Source: a virus
Taxonomy: Duplodnaviria > Heunggongvirae > Uroviricota > Caudoviricetes
DNA: 45,430 bases
IMG/VR virus record: IMGVR_UViG_2920292642_000002
Location: 83,431-128,860 of that record
Reading direction: 5' to 3' (one strand)
A program made the position numbers and the translations under genes. Under the pieces are notes generated by a model that was given only the letters and a program-made list of their open reading frames with translations, ran no database searches and was not told the DNA's origin. Of this stretch, positions 31,349-40,292 are shown one piece after another. Position 1 is the first letter of the stretch. Each line of letters begins with the position of its first letter.

Positions 31349-32977
31349 ATGGCGCTATCTCCTATCCTCGCGATCCCACTTTTGTCGGCCAACCAGTCGG
31401 CCAAGGAAGCTACCATCAATGACGCTATCAGCTTCCTTGAGCAGGCGAGTAACAGGGCGCGCGATCTCGACTTCGCGGCGGGCGACGTTGTGCTGCCGGT
31501 TCTGGACCTCCAGCGCTACTTCATGTTCCGGTGCAAGAACGTCACCGGTCTCCGCGCGCTGACGATCCCGGCGACATCGAGGGTTTTCGTCGTCGACAAT
31601 TCGACCGGGACCAACATGGTCAACGTCGTGCGCGGCGCGGCGACGCTACCGCTACCGACCGGAACGACGGCCGTGTTCTACGTCGACGGAAATTACCTCA
31701 TCTACCTCTACTTCTCAGACAATGGCGGCACGATTCCTTTCACGAGCCTGTCGGACACGCCGGTCAACTACTCCGGCATGAAGGGCCGCTTCATGCGGGT
31801 CAAAGACACTGAGGACGGGGTCGAGTTCGCGCCGGCCGGCGCGTCGATCTCGAATTTCACTGACCTTTCCGACACGCCCGTCGACTATACCGGAAGCGCC
31901 GGCATGGCGGTTCGCGTCAACGCGGCGGGGACAGCCCTGACGTTCACCAATGAGAGCGGAAGTCTCCGCGACCTCAACGACGTGCCGGATTCTTACGCAG
32001 GGGCAGCACACCAATACCTCCGGATCAAGGCGGATGAGACCGGGATCGAATTTGTGCCGTCCGGCGATCTGATCTCCATGTTCAGAGACCTCACCGACAC
32101 GCCAGTGACCTATGAAGGTTATGGTGGCTTTGTCGTGCGCGTGCGCGAAGATGAATCCGGTCTGGAGTTCGTGGCGGGCGGTGGAGGCATCACCGAGTTC
32201 ACGGAACTGACAGACGCTCCGAACAGCTTCACCGGCTTTGAGGGGGCGTACCTGCGGGTCAAGAATGACGGAACTGGGATCGAGTTTGTCTACTCCGGCG
32301 ACTCTCTGGAAGACTTCACCGATCTCGCGGACACGCCGGACACTTTGTCTGGGGCTGGCGGTATGGTCGTTCGGGTCAAGGAGGATGAATCCGGTCTGGA
32401 GTTTTACGGTCTGCCGACTGGAGGCGGAGGCGGCGCGGGGACCTTCCTCGAATTGGCCGACACGCCTGACAATTTCACAGACGCTGGTGGAAAGTCGGTC
32501 CGCGTCAAGGCGGATGCAACCGGTCTGGAGTTCTTTGACCAGCCGGCCAGCGGCGCGAAAACCTTCCTCGGACTGACCGACACGCCGGCAGACTACAGCG
32601 GTCAGGCTGGCAAGACGGTCCGGGTCAACAGCGCAGCCGATGGTCTCGAATTTTATAATCCATCGGGTCTGACGGTAACCACCAAGACGGCCAACTACAC
32701 CCTCGCGCTGCCCGACGCCTCTGGATACGTCCGCATGAACGTGGTCGCGACAAACACCCTGACCGTGCCGCCGAACTCGGTAGTAGCATTTCCAATCGGT
32801 ACGGCGATCCCGATCCGCCAGATCGGAGCAGGCCAGACCACGGTCGTGGCTGGGACCGGCGTCGTCGTTAATACGTCCGAGACCCTGAAGCTGCGCAAGC
32901 AGCATTCCGGCGCGACCCTCATCAAGGTCGCTACTGATGTGTGGGACTTGGTTGGTGATGTGGAGTTGCTGCCGTGA
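31349..32977 (+). CDS. side tail fibre: DUF2793-like N-terminus, 8 x ~38-aa repeats, C-terminal beta domain
   Basis: LAIPLLSANQSAKEATINDAISFLE; repeat F.xLxDTPxxYxGxxGxxxRVxxDxxGxEF; ATG at 31349. Confidence 0.85.
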   Translation: MALSPILAIPLLSANQSAKEATINDAISFLEQASNRARDLDFAAGDVVLPVLDLQRYFMFRCKNVTGLRALTIPATSRVFVVDNSTGTNMVNVVRGAATLPLPTGTTAVFYVDGNYLIYLYFSDNGGTIPFTSLSDTPVNYSGMKGRFMRVKDTEDGVEFAPAGASISNFTDLSDTPVDYTGSAGMAVRVNAAGTALTFTNESGSLRDLNDVPDSYAGAAHQYLRIKADETGIEFVPSGDLISMFRDLTDTPVTYEGYGGFVVRVREDESGLEFVAGGGGITEFTELTDAPNSFTGFEGAYLRVKNDGTGIEFVYSGDSLEDFTDLADTPDTLSGAGGMVVRVKEDESGLEFYGLPTGGGGGAGTFLELADTPDNFTDAGGKSVRVKADATGLEFFDQPASGAKTFLGLTDTPADYSGQAGKTVRVNSAADGLEFYNPSGLTVTTKTANYTLALPDASGYVRMNVVATNTLTVPPNSVVAFPIGTAIPIRQIGAGQTTVVAGTGVVVNTSETLKLRKQHSGATLIKVATDVWDLVGDVELLP

Positions 32978-34356
32978 TCCCTTATCCGATTCTGATGGGA
33001 GCCAGCGCGGCGGCAATCCTAGCCGCTGTCGCCGGCAAGGAAGCACCACCTGCTGGCGGGCCGCTGGGCATCTACGACCAGACCAGCGCAGTTTCTGACG
33101 TTGATGCTTCGACCATTGCCGTAGCGCGGCCGGAGCGCGTGGTGGCCGGTACGTTGATGGTGGCCTTTGTCGCCACTGGAGCGAGTATTTCCTCCGTCAC
33201 CCCGCCATCCGGTTGGGAGGTAGTTGTCAACCGGAAGGACGGGCGCTCCTACGGCGGGTGCTTTTATCGATACGCCACTGGTTCTGAGCCGAACTACTAC
33301 ACTTTTACATGTACCGGAGCGGCACAAATTAATGCCGTAGTTTTTGCCATCGGCGGCGCTGCGCTGACTTCGCCGATCAACGCGTTCGGAACTAATGGGG
33401 CTCCAGCCAATAATCCTACTCACGTCGTCCCGAGCCTTACTACCACTGTTGACGGCTGTCTCGTTCTCAGCGCAGCGATCGCAGGCTGGTCCGGCGTAAC
33501 CTACACCGATCCGGGCGGCGTCACGCGAATATTCTACCAGCGCCCTACTGGACCATCCGGTGGGCAGTCCAACGCTCTCGTGATATGCAAAGAGGAAAAG
33601 ACGACAGCAGGCGCGACTGGTACGCGGACGTACACCCCTAGCGAAGCCACCGAGTTTACGGCCTTTGGCATTGCAATTGCCCCCGGTAATTCTCCCATCG
33701 GCCCGGCGAAGTCGTTTCTCACGCCAGTCGTCGGCGCGATTTCAACGCTCAATCAGAATACGACCGGGACTACTGGCACCATCAATAAACCTGCTGGTGC
33801 TCAGGAAGGCGACCTTCTCGTGGCTCACATTAGCCTCGGGGTTTCCGCGACCGCTCTGGCTACGCCGTCCGGCTGGACATTGATAGATCAAGGCATCTAC
33901 GGTAGCGCGCGGTCGTTCCTTCTGTACAAGGTAGTGACGGCCTCGGAGCCGTCCAGCTATACATTCACGTGGACTGGCACGACGCGGTGCTGCGCGGCCA
34001 TCATGCAGGTGCTGAACGCCAACCCAAATAGGCCGATCCTACAGCACTCGCGCTATGGCGGACCAACGAACTCTAACCCTTTCATAGTCGGCGTTGGCGC
34101 GATCAATGGTGACAACAGACTGGTCCTCGCGATGGTTGATGGAGGTTGGGGAGGGCAGTCCATCACCACCGGGCCGTCTGGGTACACGAAGCTGTACGAC
34201 TTCGCGACGGCAACTGCAGGTGGTGACGGCGTGACGGCAGCCGCCTTTTCGCGTGTGTATAACAGCCCCGGTTTCGTCAACTCCCTGTCGATAGTACCTG
34301 TCACAGGACTCAACTACGCCGCCTTCAGTTTGGTCATTAACCCGAGAACGGAGTAG
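32974..34356 (+). CDS. putative receptor-binding/fibre-associated protein with duplicated domain
   Basis: Two copies of G.L.VA....  TPSGW..... Y......SEP..YTFT; GTGA-coupled to the fibre gene. Confidence 0.7.
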   Translation: MIPYPILMGASAAAILAAVAGKEAPPAGGPLGIYDQTSAVSDVDASTIAVARPERVVAGTLMVAFVATGASISSVTPPSGWEVVVNRKDGRSYGGCFYRYATGSEPNYYTFTCTGAAQINAVVFAIGGAALTSPINAFGTNGAPANNPTHVVPSLTTTVDGCLVLSAAIAGWSGVTYTDPGGVTRIFYQRPTGPSGGQSNALVICKEEKTTAGATGTRTYTPSEATEFTAFGIAIAPGNSPIGPAKSFLTPVVGAISTLNQNTTGTTGTINKPAGAQEGDLLVAHISLGVSATALATPSGWTLIDQGIYGSARSFLLYKVVTASEPSSYTFTWTGTTRCCAAIMQVLNANPNRPILQHSRYGGPTNSNPFIVGVGAINGDNRLVLAMVDGGWGGQSITTGPSGYTKLYDFATATAGGDGVTAAAFSRVYNSPGFVNSLSIVPVTGLNYAAFSLVINPRTE

Positions 34357-34414
34357 CCAGCACTTTATCGGGGTGAGCCACTGAGGATTTTTCGGGACTT
34401 TTCAGGCGATATGT

Positions 34415-34456
34415 GTCAAGATTTGCTTGACATATATCGACTGATTTTCTTTACAC
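34415..34456 (+). promoter_or_regulatory. palindrome plus promoter upstream of the endolysin gene
   Basis: TGTCAAG ATTTG CTTGACA; downstream TTTCTTTACAC resembles the TTTCTTTACCG -10 context at 1112-1122. Confidence 0.7.
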
Positions 34457-34468
34457 GAAGATTCCGCC

Positions 34469-35275
34469 ATGAACATCACTGGTCACAAACTCAGCGGGGT
34501 GCCGTACATCCCGGCACGCACGATCGGACGTGTGATCAATCCGACCTTCCTCGTCATGCACTACACGGCAGGATACACGGCCGCGTCGGCGATCGGCACC
34601 TTCCGGAGCACGGAGATCGCCGCCCATCTGGTGATCGATCGTGACGGCAAGGTGACGCAGATGGTGCCATTCAACTGTCGCGCCAACCACGCAGGGCCGT
34701 CCAAATGGGCCGGCGTCGAGATGCTGAACAACCACTCGATCGGATTCGAGTTCGTCAACATCGGATGGGCCAAGATGCGGGCGGATGGGCGTCTGGTGGA
34801 TGCCTACGGAAAGGTTGTGCCTGAGGATCAGGCCAAAGAGTACATCGAGGCCCCGAACGAGCGCGTAGGTCCCGGCCGCATCTTCTGGTGCCCATACACG
34901 CCAGCCCAGATCGAGATCGGGATCGAGATCACCAAGGCGCTCCTCGATCGTTATCTGATCCGCGACATCGTCTCCCACGAGGAGATCGATACCCGTGGAT
35001 GGAAGACGGACCCCGGCCCGGCATTCCCGATGAACCGCTTCACCGCGCTGATGCGCGGCGTATCCGACCCGATCAAGTCGCCGACGCCTAACGTCGTTGT
35101 AGTCGACACCGATGTTCTGAACGTCCGCTCCGGCCCCGGAACCGCTTACCCGATCGTGGGGCAGACGAAGCGCGGCTCCAGACTCGGTGTGATCTCAGTT
35201 CAGGACGACTGGACGAACGTCCATACCCTCAACGGAAACGCGTGGGTTTCCTCTCGCCTCGTGAAAGCTGCCTGA
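34469..35275 (+). CDS. endolysin: N-acetylmuramoyl-L-alanine amidase (Amidase_2) plus SH3b
   Basis: VMHYTAG; AHLVIDRDG; NHAG; SIGFEFVN; SHEEI...KTDPG; LNVRSGPGT.YPIV...GWVSS-like tail. Confidence 0.92.
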   Translation: MNITGHKLSGVPYIPARTIGRVINPTFLVMHYTAGYTAASAIGTFRSTEIAAHLVIDRDGKVTQMVPFNCRANHAGPSKWAGVEMLNNHSIGFEFVNIGWAKMRADGRLVDAYGKVVPEDQAKEYIEAPNERVGPGRIFWCPYTPAQIEIGIEITKALLDRYLIRDIVSHEEIDTRGWKTDPGPAFPMNRFTALMRGVSDPIKSPTPNVVVVDTDVLNVRSGPGTAYPIVGQTKRGSRLGVISVQDDWTNVHTLNGNAWVSSRLVKAA

Positions 35276-35568
35276 TGGAAAACGACCCTAAGGACATCGT
35301 GAATCGCACCCGGCGAGCCCTATTCGTGTTCATCACGGTCGCATTCTGCCTGACCGTGGTGACGGTTATGGGCTTCAATCCGGAACTGACTGGCAAGGTC
35401 AGCGAGGTCGTCGCGGACGGCCTGCTCTCGCTCGCAATGTTCCTGTCGATCTCCTACGTCGCCGGCTCGACAATCGATTACTCGGGCGTACTCGCCCGCT
35501 TCGCCCAGCCACGCAGAATGGCGCTTCCCACTTCTGAACCGGAAGAGTTCAAGGGAGGTGTGGGCTGA
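35275..35568 (+). CDS. putative holin (2 TM)
   Basis: TGATG-coupled to the endolysin; two hydrophobic helices; charged termini. Confidence 0.65.
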   Translation: MENDPKDIVNRTRRALFVFITVAFCLTVVTVMGFNPELTGKVSEVVADGLLSLAMFLSISYVAGSTIDYSGVLARFAQPRRMALPTSEPEEFKGGVG

Positions 35569-37760
35569 TGGTCTCGTTTATGAACCCGATCGGCATTTCC
35601 CCGGTCTCGATCGCCCTTCCCAATCGCAGGAACTCGTCGGCCCCGCCGATCGTCATCGAGCCCACTGCTCCGATCAACACAGGCAAGCCGATGATCTCCG
35701 GCGAGCCACGCGAAGGCGTCACCCTCGTGGCGACGCGCGGCGTGTGGAGCACTGGAGGCGTAGGTATTTCGAGTTACGAGTATCAGTGGTTGCGCGAGGG
35801 AGAGCCGATCCAAGACGCAACCAGTGAGACCTACACACTCACAGCCGACGACAATTACAACGCACTCTCCGTCGAAGTAATCGCTCGAAATGCCCTCGGC
35901 TTGGGCATCGCCGAGAGCGATCCAACAGGCCGTGTAGCGCCGGCTCCGCATGCGCCAGTCAATACTGAACTGCCCACGATCACAGGTATCGCTCGATCTC
36001 AGGAAGTGCTTGCGGCGAACTCCAACGGTCAGTGGACAGGTAACGGAGACGAGCTACTGGATTTCAATTACCAGTGGCTCACCGATGGCGTCGCTATGCC
36101 GGGCAAAACCGGAACCACGATTCTCCTCACCGACAACGAGGTCGGAAAGCGTATCAGCCTGCGCGTCACCGCAATCAACTCGGTCGGCGCTACAGTCGTG
36201 GAAAGTCTCCAGACTGCGGCCGTGATCGCAGCGCAGTTCCAGCCAGCCATCGTAAGCCGACCGACGATCACAGGCGTCGCGCGCTCCTCCTACACGCTGA
36301 CCGTATCGACCGGTACATGGAATAATGGTGGGTCTCCGATCCACACCTACACCTATCAGTGGTTCGCTGACGACGTAGCGATCGCTGGGGCGACCACCAA
36401 CACGTTCACGATCACGGACGCTGAGCTTGGAAAGAGAATCCGAGCCGAAGTGACGGCAATCAACGCGGTCGGCAGCATCACGGCTACAACGGTGCCAACA
36501 GCGGTTGTCGCTGAAGCCGTCTTGCCTCCGTCTGTCATCACGGCTCCGAGGATCACCGGCACCGCGCGTCAGTACGAGACGCTGACCGTTTCTGATGGCG
36601 AGTGGAACGCGAACGATGGGACGATCTCCGGATACACTTACGAGTGGAAGCGCTCGGGAGTGGTGATCCCCGGTGAGACCGGCAACACCTACACCCTCAC
36701 GGCGGACGATGTTGGCAAACGCATTCAGGCCTTCGTGACGGCCACGAACGAAGCGGGCTCGACGACGCGTGCAACGTCACAGACATCGACTGTTACGCTG
36801 CCTCTGAAGCCCGTCGCCATTACCAAGCCCGTCGTCTCGGGAACGGTGGCCGTGGGCGAAGTCCTTACCACCACGGATGGTGTGTGGAACGACAACGGCA
36901 ACCCAATTACGGCTATCATCTATCAGTGGCGTGCCGGTAGTACGAACATCGCCGGAGCGACCAACAACACATACACGGTTCAGTCTTCGGACATTGGTAA
37001 GCGCCTCAGCGCCACTGTCACAGCGATCAACGAAGGTGGAGGGACTTCCTCCATAACGGATCAGACGATCATCGTCCCCGTGCCTCCGGAAGCGCCAACG
37101 GTCATCACCAATCCCGTCATCACCGGACTGGCTAAGGGTGGGGTACTGTTGACGGCTTCCACCGGCACGTGGAATGTAAATGGCTCCCCGATCACGGAAT
37201 ACCTCTTCCAGTGGTACGCGGGCGGTCTGGAGATCGCAGGGGCTACGGCGGCAAACTTCACACCAGACGACAACCACGCCGGATCGGTCATCACAGTCGG
37301 CGTCCGGGCGATCAATGCCTTGGGAACTTCCGAGGAAGCGCGCAGCGCCGGCACTGCCCCGGTACGTCCGACCGTTGAACCTCCTACGAACAGGACACTG
37401 CCATTTATCACCCCGACCAACGCGTCTCCGGACAGCCTGCTTGATGCAGATTCTGGAAATTGGGACGGCAATGGTGAAGACCCTGTCTTCTCCTATCAGT
37501 GGTGGAAGGACGGTGTCGAAATCCCCGGTGCGAGCGCGATAACGCATCAGCTTACCGAGGACGACATCGGAGCGTTCTTCCACGTCGTGGTGACGGCAAC
37601 CAACTCGGCAGGCTCCAAGTCGGCAAACTCCAGTCAGATCGGTCCGGTCACGTCGTCGATCTCGTCGAATCTGGTGCTCGACTACCGAGTTTATGATCTC
37701 GCCGGGATGCCCAAGGTGAACGTGTCCCTTCCACTGGATTACGAAATTCTCGCAGTTTGA
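35568..37760 (+). CDS. protein of 7 tandem Ig-like domains
   Basis: Seven ~92-aa repeats P.I.G......L....G.W......Y.YQW...G..I.GAT..TYT....D.G..I...VTA.N..G. Confidence 0.85.
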   Translation: MVSFMNPIGISPVSIALPNRRNSSAPPIVIEPTAPINTGKPMISGEPREGVTLVATRGVWSTGGVGISSYEYQWLREGEPIQDATSETYTLTADDNYNALSVEVIARNALGLGIAESDPTGRVAPAPHAPVNTELPTITGIARSQEVLAANSNGQWTGNGDELLDFNYQWLTDGVAMPGKTGTTILLTDNEVGKRISLRVTAINSVGATVVESLQTAAVIAAQFQPAIVSRPTITGVARSSYTLTVSTGTWNNGGSPIHTYTYQWFADDVAIAGATTNTFTITDAELGKRIRAEVTAINAVGSITATTVPTAVVAEAVLPPSVITAPRITGTARQYETLTVSDGEWNANDGTISGYTYEWKRSGVVIPGETGNTYTLTADDVGKRIQAFVTATNEAGSTTRATSQTSTVTLPLKPVAITKPVVSGTVAVGEVLTTTDGVWNDNGNPITAIIYQWRAGSTNIAGATNNTYTVQSSDIGKRLSATVTAINEGGGTSSITDQTIIVPVPPEAPTVITNPVITGLAKGGVLLTASTGTWNVNGSPITEYLFQWYAGGLEIAGATAANFTPDDNHAGSVITVGVRAINALGTSEEARSAGTAPVRPTVEPPTNRTLPFITPTNASPDSLLDADSGNWDGNGEDPVFSYQWWKDGVEIPGASAITHQLTEDDIGAFFHVVVTATNSAGSKSANSSQIGPVTSSISSNLVLDYRVYDLAGMPKVNVSLPLDYEILAV

Positions 37761-37771
37761 CAGGTATATCA

Positions 37772-39202
37772 ATGGTAGCAGCAGCAGATGTGAAATGGCG
37801 GTTGTCGGGAGGGGTGGCTAACAACAACCCCCACGCCTCTTTGGGCGGCGAGATGTCCGCCGTCGATGTCACACCCGGAGTCCTGAACAACCTGTTCGAC
37901 CCAGTTTCCTCTCCGGAAGCGCAAAACGGGAAGACGGAGTACCGCTGCGTCTATGTCCTGAACAATCACGCGTCGGACACTTTGATCGACGTTCGCGCGT
38001 ATATCCAAGCGCAGACACCGAATACCGGGACGACGATCGACATCGCACTTGCCCCTACCAGCGGCGCTGCTCCAACAGGAAGCGAAAACAGAACCCCGGC
38101 CGATCCTTCGGCAGGATTGCAGGCGACCGCAGGAAATCTCCAGAGCAATATGGTCTGGTACTGCGTCGATTATGCACCGGAGCTTGGACTGTTCGTCGCC
38201 CTTTCACTCGGTGGCGGTACTTCCTCAGACGTGCGTGCGGCGACTTCTCCAGACGGACTGAACTGGACCGCCGCAGGCGCGACCGCCGACATCACGAAAA
38301 ACTGTAACTGGCGCGACATCTCTTGGTCGCCAAAACTTAAACTGTTTGCTGGTGTTGCGGACTCTGGAACCACCCGTATTGCCATCAGCGCAGACGGCGT
38401 CTCTTGGGGCCAGCGCGTGACCAACTACATAGTCAAGGGCGTCAAATGGTTCCCGGAACTCGATGCCTTCCTCTACGTCCGCCTTGCCACAAACCATTTT
38501 GTCGGCGTTTCGCATGACGGCATGGACTGGTCCGTTGGTGTACAGTCCCCGGTCGCCTTGGGAGACAAAATTGGATTTGCCTATTCTCCGCCCCTCGGCC
38601 GCACCGTGATCTGCGGAGGAACCAGCATCATCCACTCGACCACTCCACTGGAAGGAGGGTGGGTGGCGGGCATCACCGTCCCCAGTGCAAATTTTAGCGG
38701 CGTTGCGTGGTCACCAAAGCTCGGAATGTTCATCGCATCAAATAGTGGGTCGGGAGGCAGCAAACTCTACAAGAGTGTGGACGGGATTAATTGGACACCA
38801 TTGATTACATACGCTTTCCCTCCTGTACTCTACCACGCTAACTGGTCGGAAGGTCTAAGTGCATTTGTCGTCTGCGGGCTGAGCTTTGCTGCTATGTCTT
38901 TCGATGGTGTTGTTTGGACGGAGATCACCGTACCCGCATCCACAGGCTACCAGAGACTTCTTCCGGTCGGCACCAAGACCTATACGGTTGGTAACACAGG
39001 CACTGCCCGCAACTACGTCCTAGAGGCTCCGGAACTGGTTTTCAGTTCCCCGGCAGATGCCGAGAACGGTCTGGAGATCGGTGATCTCGGACCGGGGCAG
39101 CGGCGCGCCGTCTGGGTCCGGCGCACGGTTTCGCCCGGCGCGCCTGCGGTAGCCAACGACCCATTCACCCTCGCAATTCGCGGCTTCCCGCCGCTGGCCT
39201 AA
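37772..39202 (+). CDS. virion-type beta-sandwich protein with inserted BNR/Asp-box propeller
   Basis: N-terminal LSGG.ANN.P.ASLGG...LNNLFD.VS..EA..G..EYRC.Y; five S.DG..W boxes; C-terminal IGDL.PG...AVW.RR.V. Confidence 0.7.
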   Translation: MVAAADVKWRLSGGVANNNPHASLGGEMSAVDVTPGVLNNLFDPVSSPEAQNGKTEYRCVYVLNNHASDTLIDVRAYIQAQTPNTGTTIDIALAPTSGAAPTGSENRTPADPSAGLQATAGNLQSNMVWYCVDYAPELGLFVALSLGGGTSSDVRAATSPDGLNWTAAGATADITKNCNWRDISWSPKLKLFAGVADSGTTRIAISADGVSWGQRVTNYIVKGVKWFPELDAFLYVRLATNHFVGVSHDGMDWSVGVQSPVALGDKIGFAYSPPLGRTVICGGTSIIHSTTPLEGGWVAGITVPSANFSGVAWSPKLGMFIASNSGSGGSKLYKSVDGINWTPLITYAFPPVLYHANWSEGLSAFVVCGLSFAAMSFDGVVWTEITVPASTGYQRLLPVGTKTYTVGNTGTARNYVLEAPELVFSSPADAENGLEIGDLGPGQRRAVWVRRTVSPGAPAVANDPFTLAIRGFPPLA

Positions 39203-39220
39203 TCCAAAGGAGAACCATCC

Positions 39221-39535
39221 ATGGCCTTCAAAACACGTCTTGAGTTCTGGAGACTGTCGACGACCGATGACGGCGTGAAGACCGTCGTCCTCGACGAGCC
39301 GATTGCCGACTCGATCGAAATCGACGCCAACATGGCTGACCCCATCGAGCTACCTGTCCTCGTCAACCGCGAGGCTTATGGCGTGTCGATCTACGGCGTC
39401 GCCGGCAATGCTACCGTGGAGATCACGGAGACGCCGACGAAGAGCCCTCTGCGCGGCCGACTGATCGTCGAAGGGTCGCAGCACTGGATCATCGCCAAGG
39501 GCGGCAAGTCGGTCTTCATCACCGAATACGTCTGA
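39221..39535 (+). CDS. hypothetical protein
   Basis: AAGGAG SD; TGATG-coupled to the spanin gene. Confidence 0.7.
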   Translation: MAFKTRLEFWRLSTTDDGVKTVVLDEPIADSIEIDANMADPIELPVLVNREAYGVSIYGVAGNATVEITETPTKSPLRGRLIVEGSQHWIIAKGGKSVFITEYV

Positions 39536-39909
39536 TGTTCAACCCGCTCAGCCTCTTCTCCACCTTGAAGTCCGGAGTGATCACGGTCGCCGTGGTCGCC
39601 GGACTGACCCTTGTTGGGTCCTTGTGGGTCCAGAAAAACTTGGCAGAGAAGAGGATTGAATCCTTACAGATTGAGAAGGTCAACCTCCAAAACACTGTTA
39701 TCGCTCGTGAGGTCGAGGTCAAGGGCCTGAAGATCGCCATCGAGTCCTTGGAGGATACCTTCCGCAGGATCGACGAACACAGAGGGGTCGAGGAAGAAAT
39801 AAGCAGGGAAATCGAGAATGCGCCAAGTGAAAACGATGGTCCTGTCGCTCCTGTACTGCGTGATGCTATCCGCAGCGTTGAGCGGCTGTACAACCCCAAC
39901 AAAAACTGA
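39535..39909 (+). CDS. inner-membrane spanin (Rz-like)
   Basis: N-terminal TM, coiled coil, C-terminal DGPVAPVLRDAI. Confidence 0.8.
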   Translation: MFNPLSLFSTLKSGVITVAVVAGLTLVGSLWVQKNLAEKRIESLQIEKVNLQNTVIAREVEVKGLKIAIESLEDTFRRIDEHRGVEEEISREIENAPSENDGPVAPVLRDAIRSVERLYNPNKN

Positions 39910-40132
39910 CGTTTTCGTCGCATCTCCGACGATCCCAGATAGTCTGCGCACGTGCAGGAACGCGCCCGGCGCACCGAGGGAGCCCTACACCCAGAAGGAC
40001 GTTGCGCGCTTTATCAATGGGTTGGCCGGAGCCCATCTTGACTGCCGGGAAAAGTTGTCCGGCGTTGTCAGAATCGTCGACCAGACAGAAAAATCATCTA
40101 AAAACGTTCCTAACTCCAATAGAGTTCCCTAA
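39836..40132 (+). CDS. outer-membrane spanin lipoprotein (Rz1-like)
   Basis: Overlaps the Rz 3' end in another frame; lipobox LSG-C; Pro-rich, with two further Cys. Confidence 0.8.
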   Translation: MVLSLLYCVMLSAALSGCTTPTKTDVFVASPTIPDSLRTCRNAPGAPREPYTQKDVARFINGLAGAHLDCREKLSGVVRIVDQTEKSSKNVPNSNRVP

Positions 40133-40218
40133 GCCGAAAGAGGTACACTTGATTCGGTTTCGCTTAAACGAATCCTTACCTTGTCAAGAGCCAAAGGATT
40201 CTTTTCTGACAGAAAGCC

Positions 40219-40247
40219 TTGACAGCCTCGTAAAGCCGTTCTAACTG
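40219..40247 (+). promoter_or_regulatory. sigma70-type promoter for the repressor-like gene
   Basis: TTGACA-N17-TAACTG in AT-rich intergenic DNA. Confidence 0.65.
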
Positions 40248-40292
40248 TTTCGCATCGCACAAAAGTGCGGGGACAACGGGACAGGGAAACCA

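Noticed and set aside
31349-37760. Diversity-generating retroelement or invertible fibre cassette
   Set aside because: Repeats are diverged protein-level repeats. I saw no near-identical TR/VR pair with A-specific mismatches, no reverse transcriptase and no invertase.
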